Both the position numbers and the translations under genes were made by a program. A DNA stretch of 46,817 bases, taken from assembly GCF_000143415.4 (NCBI RefSeq), contig NW_003314300.1, positions 501,471 to 548,287 on the forward strand, in the 5' to 3' direction. The notes under the pieces are model-generated. The model did no database searches. It was not told where the DNA came from and was given only the letters and a program-made list of their open reading frames with translations. Positions within the stretch are counted from its first letter, which is position 1. Every line of letters begins with the position of its first letter. Positions 36,892-46,817 of this stretch are shown here, piece after piece. This stretch comes from Selaginella moellendorffii. Lineage: Eukaryota > Plantae > Lycopodiophyta.

Positions 36892-38015
36892 TATCATAGG
36901 ATAACACCACAAAGCGGAACCTAAACCCTCTATGTGCCACGTGACAGATGCCACATGTCACATGCCACGTGTCCATGCCACGTGTCCATAGGAACCCGAG
37001 GTTTAGGGCCTTGGGCCACTGAACGAAGGAACGGTGCCAAACTCCCAAGCGTGAAGCCAAAGAGTGGTGGAACCGAACCACGGAGCAACTCTTGAGCATA
37101 CAGCCCAAGGAGCGAAGGGACAGGAGCCCGGAGCGACTTGGAACAGTCCTAGAGCAACCAGCATCCCAATGCTAGGACCAGCACGCAAAATGGAGCCAAA
37201 CGGAGTCTAGCGCTATTTCGGCATACCGGTGGCCTAACGTGAGGATATGCATACTCCACCAACTAACATGGAATGGAACTTGGGTTTAGACCCAAGCTGG
37301 ACGCAGAACAAGGACAGGCACGCAAGCGGGAGCTAGACTAAACCTCAGGTTGGTCAGCCATTCCAAACTTCCCCCTTCCCCCTTTTCCTTTTTTAAATTT
37401 GGGAAGCCCCAAAGGGCCCCCCCCCCCCCCCCCCCCCCCTTAAGGAACACACACTTTGGGCTTTCACCCCAAGCCTCCCTTAGTATCAGGAATTAGTCTC
37501 TGGGACAAGCTCGAAACTTACTAAATATGGAATGTCCCTAAATTGCGAATTTGGACACGGGACGAACACCATTGTGTTTAGGCCGATCTCTACATTCCAT
37601 AGATATGTCAAATAAGCAAATCTGGACACTTTCCATAAATAGCATTTAGGACTTTAATGAGACCAACACAAAGGGCATGATAGCGAGGGTGTTTGGCAGA
37701 CATGGTAAGCTATCATCTAGCGATATTGAGGGACCAATCTCAATATCACGAGGGTTCCCAACACTAGCAAGTGCAAGTCAACGAATGAGTTTCTCTAACT
37801 AGGTCAAGTATGCTTGACAAATAGCACGTAGGAATTCCGTCCTTATGCCCATCTGGTCAAGTGCACATGCAAAGACCAGTTTCTCAACTAGCTTAGGCGG
37901 AGACTGATAACGGGTCCAGCAATACCGACCTCTTGCCATTGTGGCAGTAAAGTAAGAGTGTCCGTAAGGACTAGTTGACAGGTAACTTTCGATACCCGAA
38001 GTCACATTCGCGACA
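36892..38015 (-). mobile_element. 3' LTR of nested gypsy-like retrotransposon (left boundary approximate)
   Basis: The minus strand begins TGTCGCGAATG immediately after a polypurine tract. Homologous to 22950-23754, which ends at the same position. Confidence 0.65.
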
Positions 38016-38027
38016 CTCTCCCCCCCT
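38016..38027 (-). other. Polypurine tract (AGGGGGGGAGAG)
   Basis: Directly abuts the LTR TG terminus. Confidence 0.7.
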
Positions 38028-41000
38028 AGGGAAGATCAACATCCTCGTCGATACATACTCGAGTCTAGAATACCGCCAAGGAAACAACTCCAGAGAAAGT
38101 TCACGATATTCACACTATGTGAGAAATGCACCAACTTAAATGAGTTAGAAAGCAACCTCTTTGTCTAATGCGGATGCGTTACCAGCTCAGACACCTTCCA
38201 GCCGTCGCCGACAAGGAAATGACCAATAAAGTTAGGCACCCTTGCTGCTCTAGGAGTCACCCAGCTTACAAAAGTGTGATATGCCCCTGCCCGCAGGGAC
38301 ATAGAGAGAGAAGCCAAAGGCCCCAACCCTCATGAGCAAAGAAACCAAACCTGTCGGTAAGGTTTAGATAGACTACTGTAAACAGGCAGTTAGAGTTGTT
38401 TACCCTTTTAACGGAATAAGGAACATCGACAGAGAGGCGGGTTATGTGACCAGTCGACAGTAGCTACCCCATGACTAGAGATTTCACCATGCACACGAAG
38501 TGCCAAAGCCAGTCTGCCCATTACTGGCCCAAACGCAAAGATCAATAGATGGATAATATCAAAGTTAGAGACAATGATATCTTAGAGACTTAATTATCAG
38601 TGAATAAATCTTATATTAGAACACAATAGTATTCCAAGTAAGTTATCATCCAATAAATCAGTATTATAGTAGATAGGAACCACCAAGATCATCAAACACA
38701 GGATTCACCTTCCAACAAAATTCAATAGCAAGGATATCATCAAGTAAACTCAATGATAAAGTTTAACTATTAAAGATTGTAGATAGAATGCCAAACAACT
38801 TACGAAAGATAACTCAAACAACACAAAGTATTATTGACTAACAAACAAAATGCTCGCGAATGTATCACCCAAAGGAAATAACATCCAAATCTATCAAAAC
38901 TAACTCGAGCAACAATCAACAGAAAAGAATGAATGTGGTAAGACCAACAAACACTCATTCCTGCCAACTATTACAAAAGCCAATCTGAATAGATCCCAGC
39001 CAATAATACCAAGGAACTCAAGCTGCCTAAGCAAGTGTCAGCAACATCCTACTGATGTCTCAAACCCAAGAGACCAATCTAGAGCAAACCACAAAAAACA
39101 TGTGGTATTGCGAAAAGCCAAAAGCTATCAAAGAGAATAATTAACCATCATGAAAGATCATGAATTATCCTATCAAAAAGATATGCCAAATCATCGTCAA
39201 AGAAACAATTTACCATCGCGAAGAACGGCAAATTATTCTATACCAACAATAATCAAGAAAAATCTTTTGATAAGGACAATCAACTTTCCTAGATGATAGT
39301 CAATCATCACCAATGATTGCTAGATGCAAATACTAACTTCAACATCGAAGCTAACAAGCTAAAATGCCTTCCCCAACACCTTCTAATAAATGGAACAATG
39401 AGCATAAAACTCAAAGAACCAAAAGCTCTAAGAAGCCTATAGCTGAGTCTTGCCTAACAATGATCACAAGTCTCGCATGAACTAACTTCAATGCTAAAGA
39501 AGAAATTATGATGCAACCCACAATATCTTTCTCAACACATCTATAAGCTAAACTTCATAATGCCAAAGCTAATGAAGAGCATATCTGCATCAATCCAAAA
39601 GCTAAGCATAACGAAGCTATGCTCAACAAGTAATCACCAAACGATCCTCCATGAATCCATCTATAGCAAGACGTAACTCACTTCATAACAAGCACAAGAA
39701 GAATCATCAATAATCGATATATTCCAACTCAAATCCAATAAGGATTCAAACATTCCAATATCAATCACTAACTCTTCCGCTTGTAGAATTAGCATAGTCC
39801 ACGATTGAATCACTTTTCAAGGAAAAGCCAAAGCTTAACCCTTACTAAATAATCTCGTCTAGAACACAACTAACTCAAACTTGCCACTTAGTTCATTTGA
39901 ACGTCAACACAATTGCTAACTAGCAAATGCATGAATGTTAATAACACAAAGTTACAACCAAATCATCGACACTATCTTCATTGAGACCAATGAAACTCAA
40001 TATCAATCTTATAGAAAGACATCTCATCTCACTCGAATCTCATCATCAACAATGTCAACGACAAGGCATCACTTTAATGCCATCAACACTAGAACAAAGC
40101 TAGAAGAAAGCACGAGTGTATCACCACTCAAAGCTCTCTAGCAACCAAGCTAACGAAGATCGAAAATACTTTAGTTAGTATCGGAGACCAATCCTTTAGC
40201 AAAACTCAGTTACAGATAACACTTCCTCAATATGTGAATCACCACATCCAAGACTCAATGAAATCCAACACTATGAACTAAATGCAACCAAATGATATCA
40301 ATAGAGGTAGAGTCGACATGCCAACATGGAAAACCCATGTAAGTCTAATGATACGATTCTCCGCAACACCATCTGGTAAAGCAAACCCATCACCGCTAAA
40401 TCATCATCGAGTGAAGCAAGTATCAGAGGTCCTCGACGAAGTCTATAAGCAACCATTAGTTGCAAGGCAACCAACAATCACTTTTCAACTTGCCTTCACA
40501 AGACCCAAACACTAACTCTTGTCATCAAGTCGTATACTTATTCAACATGAACATAATACCCCAGATACGAAATAAAGGTTCATTGATAAACACAAACTAA
40601 ATGACCACTCAAATCTAACTCAACCGCAATAAGCTCACTAATACATTTAGCCAACGGCTCTGAGCATGCCTTGAAGAGGCTAGCTATGCGTAATCAACAT
40701 TTAGTCGAAACTAAAGTGAAGACTACGAGATGGACTCATATCGGTACACAACCTCCACTTAAAAAAAGCTATAGTATGGGTACCAACATCTCAACTACAA
40801 ACAACTAAGTTGAACATCACCATCCTTAGCCAAGGCATAGGGCCACCAAGACGAAGTCAAGATTAATGAGAGCTCACTACTCTCATAAAGTCTAACGAAA
40901 TGCAAAGTGCAACCTGCCACCAAGCATAACGCTACAAAAGAAAGGCACAAGGGTCACCTTTTTAGAAAAGTGCAACGGCCACTTTTCTACACCAACTCTA

Positions 41001-42418
41001 GACTTTATCCAACTCAATTGCCTTAGCCCCAAAAGTCAGCATCCCTTTCAGGCTACATCAAACAAACTACTTACTAAGGTTTAAACCAACCGAAGTCAAC
41101 TCCAACCCTTTCACTAGTTTGTACTGGCTTACGAAAACGGAATGGTTTTCGAGCAAAGTGATCAACAGATCAACCATTGGATAAGTTTAAGAAAATTTGT
41201 AGAAAATTTCCATCCTAGAGAAAGAATGACTCTCAGTCTAGGAATACAAACTTTCAAGACTCAACCAACTTCTTCCTACTAACAACTTCACATAGATTCA
41301 CCTCAACACAAATTCTCATGACCCATAGTATGCTTAAGCCTCGAACATCTTTATTTGCCTATACTTTCGACATCTAACACTGACATCCGCAAATGCAAAA
41401 TGAACATTCAAGGTTTAATCACGAAGACCACATCTTTGGATATCCACATTGCACTAACACTTTTCTTCAACCACCTTCAAGATCCAATGTGAAGCTAAAA
41501 CACCAACAAGAAAAATGACATGGAAAACCAAGCTCTAAGGAAACTTCCTCATCACTTAAAATAACAATGCCACTTCCACTAACACAAGTGTTAGTAATGT
41601 TAATGCCTCAACCTCACACCTTCTCTATCCAACAATTTACTCCAAGTGTTAACGGATCAACTTATGAGCTATAGCAAATGAATGCTACAACCCTTTTCAA
41701 CACCTTATGGGCAAACCCTCAAGGAAATAAGGAACCAACTTAAGCTTAGTATAATGGACCACTATCGAGAATCCAGTCAAAGCTACTACAATGCTACTTC
41801 GTGCAAGTAGACTAGCTTCACTATCAACTACTTTGGGGTTGATCATTGTAACTAAGCAACTTCGTAAACATATTGCTCATTATCACATGGATATGATATA
41901 ACTATCACAATGATTTAATCATCAATTGAGTAACACCACGAGCAATGCCAATGTCATTACTACAAAGGTTTATGTGACTATCAAGTGCCAACTCGATTCG
42001 ACAAAATGCAACATAAATGTCACACTCTACCGATAGAGACTTATAACACTGAACACCACTAACTTTTGTTCACAATACAGACAAGCTCATGCCACTCTTT
42101 TTCAGACCAAACTCAACACTAATCCAACACCAAGCTACTCAAGGAGCAATAGCAAGGTTCCCCGGAAAAGAATTGAGCATTGCAACCCAAGTCTTCTAAT
42201 AGTAAGCCTAGACAAAATGGTTTATCACTTCACCGCTATCCATCCCACAACTCACCATTTGTAAGACCATCATCTCCAAGATGCATCAAGGTAGGGACTC
42301 TTGATTGCATGATGTGAACACGAGCAATGAGTTAACACCTCATTGCAAATCATCTCTCCAAGAAGAGAAAATGATTTACGTGTTTGATCCTTCGTCCCTG
42401 ACGACTCTCTTTCAATCT
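38028..42418 (-). mobile_element. Heavily decayed internal (pol-like) region of the LTR retrotransposon
   Basis: Lies upstream of the PPT/LTR on the minus strand. Strong A/C strand bias, no long ORFs, only faint RT/RNase H-like remnants. Ends at the N gap 42419-42518. Confidence 0.45.
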
Positions 42419-42838
42419 NNNNNNNNNNNNNNNNNNNNNNNNNNNNNNNNNNNNNNNNNNNNNNNNNNNNNNNNNNNNNNNNNNNNNNNNNNNNNNNNNN
42501 NNNNNNNNNNNNNNNNNNTTCCCTCTAGAAGGGGGGTGGAGGCACACCATGGGTCTTTAATGCCTCCATCATCACTATCATACACTACCATTAGCCTATT
42601 TACACTTAGAAATTAGAAAATGAAGGAAATACTCATTTATGTTAATGCTTCTTACCAACTACATGGCTTGGAGCCACTATCTTTGGTGACAAAGATGTCT
42701 CCAAATATCTTTAGCATAATTCATCCCCACCATCATCTTGTTCTTCAACTTTAGTGATGTCTATATTGTCTTTTGTAGGGAGTTGCCCAATTGCCATTGG
42801 CCTTGTTTGTTATGGCTCCTTATGATATTTGAGGAGGT

Positions 42839-43032
42839 TGTAAGCTCTTGAGTTTGGACTTCCTGGGAGGTCACCCAACCCAGTACTATTCACACCCAAT
42901 GATGCTTAACCCCAAATATCCCAAGACCCTTAACCGTTTGGAAAAGGGGGTGCATTCTTATTCATGGGCCCTTTCCCTCTATATTTGAACCCCATGGACC
43001 GTTTCTCGAGTCGTTCTCTTTGGTTGCTTACA
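42839..43032 (-). mobile_element. Cassandra-type (5S rRNA-bearing TRIM) solo LTR, 194 bp
   Basis: TGTAAGC...GCTTACA termini and a 5-bp TSD GAGGT/GAGGC. Minus strand 42856-42910 reads GTTAAGCATCATTGGGTGTGAATAGTACTGGGTTGGGTGACCTCCCAGGAAGTCC, the 5S rRNA A-box/IE/C-box region. Confidence 0.85.
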
Positions 43033-44979
43033 GAGGCCAGTAACAAGGCTGGATAGAGCTAAGGCCAAATTTTGCAGACTTGGCATGGGCTCACCACCAT
43101 TGGATTGCCTTGCACACTGAACAAATGCTCCTGGGTTAGTCCTGGATGAAAGTTGGATTCTTGAGGCTTGGAGTGATAGTAGAATTGCATGTTAAGTTGT
43201 GCTGGGCTGAAAAGAAATACTAGAGTATAACCCACCCCATATAAGACACTCAGGGAAGTCCATTGCCAACTCATCAAGTTCCATCACCTTCACTAATGGC
43301 TCTCTTTTCCACCCATACAAGTGTTCATGCCAAGTCTTCGGAATTGCAATCCACTTGGTGACAAGGATTGTGGTGAACAGTCTAGGGACTAAGGGTGTCA
43401 TAGATAACATCCCACCAATGACTTTGGATTGACTGCCATAACGTCCACAATAACAAGATGAGGATTGCCAATTGTTATTGGCATATGTGTGCATTGCAGC
43501 CACAAGTGGTGAGAGAGTCTACCATAGTGAAATGAAAATGAGTCAAACAAATCCAAAGAAGAAAAATGAAAAGTGTATGGGGTCATGTTATACTTGTGGC
43601 TCACATGGCAGCCCGCTACCTTGAGGGTCAATTTTGAATATATCTGGATGTCAAAGCTCCATCCTTGGGAGTAGTTGTGGAATGCTAATAGAGAACTATG
43701 AGCTCATTGGTGTGGCGGTATTGTCAACTCACCCTATGCAGAAAAACACATGGAAAAAAGACAAGTATAAATGAAAAACCTTACCAAGCTAGACCACTTG
43801 TTACTTTGGGAGGTAGATGGCTAGGAATTGGCACTTGTATCGGTAGATGGAGGTGCAAGAGTTGTAGTAGATGGTGGAGTTATGGGGCTGGTAGTAGTGG
43901 CATTATATGGGCTTGTGTGAGCACGTCCTATAATTGGTGTTAGTGGCAACATTCTAGATTGGACAACACTATGGGCATAAGGTGTCCGAATTTGCTCATT
44001 TCGGATGCTCGAGTTGCTGCTTTCTAGGGAAGGTGAGGAGAACGAAACATGCTAGAGGTTTTGCATATGTTGTAGTGTATGCAATGTTAGGCAACACTCT
44101 GCTTGCTCAAATGCAGTTGGGAGCTGTAGGTGGGATGCTATTGGAGTTGATGTCTCTACTGTAGAGCTTGGAAAATCAAGTGGCTAGCGTGTGTCTTGCA
44201 AGATTATTGGCTGTATTGACTGTGGAACATTGAGTGCTTGGGTGTGTGCTTGCAAGGCATTTCCCATATAGTATCTACTACTATTGAGGCGTGCAGCATT
44301 TTTGCTTTGAGCCTAGAAACCACAAAGGATTGGTTATGCAAACCTAATTGAGGAAAAGCTACCCACCATCACAGCTGTAATGCTCTTGTTTGGGTGGTGG
44401 TTCTGCAATTGGGGGAGTGTGCACTAGAAGCCTTGCCTCCCGTTAAATCACACGAATCAATTGGAAGAATGAATGAACCATCAACAAAATCATATGGAAC
44501 ATTGTCATAAAATGAAATTGTCCCTTATCCAAGGCAATATGAATGGGACTTGGTGTAAACCCTAATCCCGAACATGGGAACCCTAAAATTGAGAAAATCA
44601 GGAGTTGAATTTAAATTTAAAATTTACACTAAAGAACACTCAATTTTCTCCGAGTATGGCTAAGTACAATTTTTTCAAAGCTTGTCACTTCATTAATATT
44701 GCTGTAGGCAAGGCACTCTCGATGTAAAGTGGTATATCTACATCCACAACATTAGCCATTACACACTCCATTGTTAGATCCAAAGTAAATATTACTTATC
44801 CAAGTTGAGTCCCTCCCAATGCATAAAAAATGCTTGGTTTTGAACAATGCCAAGAGCCTGTAAGGTAGCCAAGCACAACGAAATAGATTAAAAGAAATTG
44901 TTCTATTTTTACTCTAAATATTACCTCTGACAGAGTTGCACCTTCGACATTGAAGAGAAATGGTCTAGGTATGTCTTCA

Positions 44980-45800
44980 ATATTTTTTCACCAATAGCTG
45001 GCATAATCCTACAAAAACACAATTTATGAAGAATTCTATAACATTACCAAAATTCTTACCCAAGCTCTCATTCCATTGGTTAAAATAAGTTTGCAGGAAC
45101 ATGAGATGGTCTGAAGTAATCACCACATGGATACAAATAGACTTCATGGAGGTTCCAGATTGCAACCCAGTGCAAAATATCCTTCTTAAGGTATGGAGCA
45201 AAGAGACTTTGGTTGTGCCATAAATTAAATACATCAAAAAAATTTATGTCTTCCATGGACTCAAAAAGGTGCTTATAAAACCACACCACACACTCAAAGA
45301 GCTCTTTCCACAAATGCTTTATACACTGCAAAATAAATTCGATTTAATCCTTATTTGGAAAAACTTTAACGTTGTGAGTACCTAGTTATATGTTGATGTC
45401 CCACGTATAAAGCTCCTAGCTGTAGGACCCCAACAGCGGACCATATCCCTCTTAACCTCATTGTGCTCTAGAGCATTGTCACTCCGGATGTGCTTGGGCT
45501 TTCTAAATTGACGAATAGCCTATGCATATGTGTTGAATATTGCATGGGATTCTTTGGAGGTAATCAACTCACAAGCTACAATATAATGAGTTGCCCCACA
45601 AATAATGGCATATACATAAAAACCATAGCTTACAAGCTTGCAATATGCTACAATAAACATGTTATTACATGTGCTCACAAAAAAGTAGAAATGAAAGAAT
45701 ACTCACAATTTATATGACAAAGTGTATAATCCTCCTCGTTTCTGTAAATTTGTTGTCAAATCCTTGTCATATGCCTCTATTCCAACTTAGTTGGATCATG
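44980..45800 (-). pseudogene. Decayed eukaryotic integrase-core (IS3EU-like) transposase with introns
   Basis: Motifs in order on the minus strand: IYAIICGATHYIV; KPKHIRSDNALEH (P.R.RSD.G.EN); FIRGTSTYN*, then an intron, then CIKHLWKELFECVVWFYKHLFESMED...WN.H (NQRIERLW family motif after transition decay). Boundaries approximate. Confidence 0.65.
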
Positions 45801-46777
45801 AATGGCTAAGGCCTCATGAATTTGGTGTTGGCTAAACTAATATCCTCTAGTTCAATAGTTAGATCGGGAATTGATAATCCCCCAATTTGTGCCACCTCAA
45901 TTCATGGCATTGTTAGTCTAAACGTGATGAAGTACCTCTTCAGGTTATACTCTATAGTATATACCTCTCCAATTTGGATTGACAAGCTACATATATTTGT
46001 ATAGTGTTGGCTTTAAAATTCTAGGATAGCATGCGAGGTAAGTAGTAGTCTTAATCTTGAGGATCTTCAGATGCATCTAGGTGCCAAATGTAGTCGGACT
46101 ACCAAATCCCCTGGATTGCAAAAAATTATGGAAGGCCTAGAAATGTGCAAATCATGAATTTAAAAAGCTGGAAACTAAACAAACTTCTAGGAGAGCATTG
46201 TTGTCATTATCCACACTTGAACCACAATCCAAATCACTAAAATTGGATGGAAGGCCATCTATCTCCTCTTCCTCCATATCTTCCAGTAAACCTGGAAGAA
46301 AAAATTTCAACAACACAAATTTGAAGTAAATTAGGGAGGGAATTATACTCATGATAGGAATTTCAAAGTCCATAGAGAGCAATTTAGTAGTAAATCAAAA
46401 CCACTTTCAACACTGCCCACAAAAACATTTGAAACCAATCACTAGCAAACCAAATTACCTTCCACAACTGCTGCTAAGAAACATGCCAAATAATAGAGCA
46501 CTAAAGTAGGGTGCAACCTAATGAATCCCTATGTCATGGGGTCAAATTTGATGATATGTGGCATCTATATATAGCACAATGTTCATATTATAGGGATATC
46601 ATCAACCCATTGGGCCAGCATCCATGGGGCATCCATGAGGCATCCAAATGACATTTAATGCCAAACTAATAGAAAACTATCACATGGACACTCTATTGTG
46701 AGTGAAATTCACCACAGTAACATCCACCTTTTTACAAATTGCACACTATACCATTTTATCCTCATGAGTTTGGTTTT

Positions 46778-46780
<3 letters not shown>

Positions 46781-46817
<37 letters not shown>
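46781..46817. repeat. (CT)n microsatellite
   Basis: Read directly; runs to the window end. Confidence 0.9.

Larger units (their letters stand above)
33626..46750 (-). mobile_element. 13.1-kb decayed TIR DNA transposon, IS3EU-like, with nested insertions
   Basis: About 54-bp imperfect TIRs (TATGGCGTGCAATTCGTAAAAGGGTGGATATTAC..TTTCACTCACA vs reverse complement TATAGTGTGCAATTTGTAAAAAGGTGGATGTTAC..TTTCACTCACA). TAT...ATA termini. Flanks CCATCTC/CCATTTT. Integrase-core remnant near the right end. Confidence 0.7.

Noticed and set aside
42856-42910. Functional 5S rRNA gene
   Set aside because: Only about 55 bp of the internal region is present, embedded in an LTR.

Overview
Eukaryotic plant genomic DNA. 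The 47-60 bp introns, the short-repeat PLS-type PPR gene and the AGO1-clade gene suggest a lycophyte such as Selaginella (inference). There are two intact-looking host genes: an intronless PPR gene (24589-26910) and an approximately 20-exon slicer-type Argonaute (29124-33220). The rest is mostly transposon-derived. The main object is a 12.3-kb DNA transposon (9422-21688, 22-bp TIRs; a second, 5'-truncated copy occupies 1-4015). It carries two divergently transcribed genes. One is a DUF7869/Sola-like DDD/E transposase. The other is a spliced, roughly 1520-codon accessory gene combining a ParB/Srx-like domain, a possible degenerate DNA-methyltransferase fold, an acidic tract and an FCP1/NIF-like HAD phosphatase. 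The element is also seeded with about 21 copies of a 22-bp palindrome (ATGGCRTGWGGCCWCAYGCCAT) in introns, UTR/intergenic DNA and exons. Both copies are pseudogenised, by C-to-T-type stops and a 76-bp microinversion. Also present: decayed gypsy-like LTR sequence with an inverted 0.8-kb templated insertion, and a 13-kb IS3EU-like TIR element (33626-46750). The latter contains a nested gypsy remnant, a rearranged 25S rRNA fragment and a 5S-bearing Cassandra-type solo LTR. All domain calls come from visual motif recognition, not database searches.
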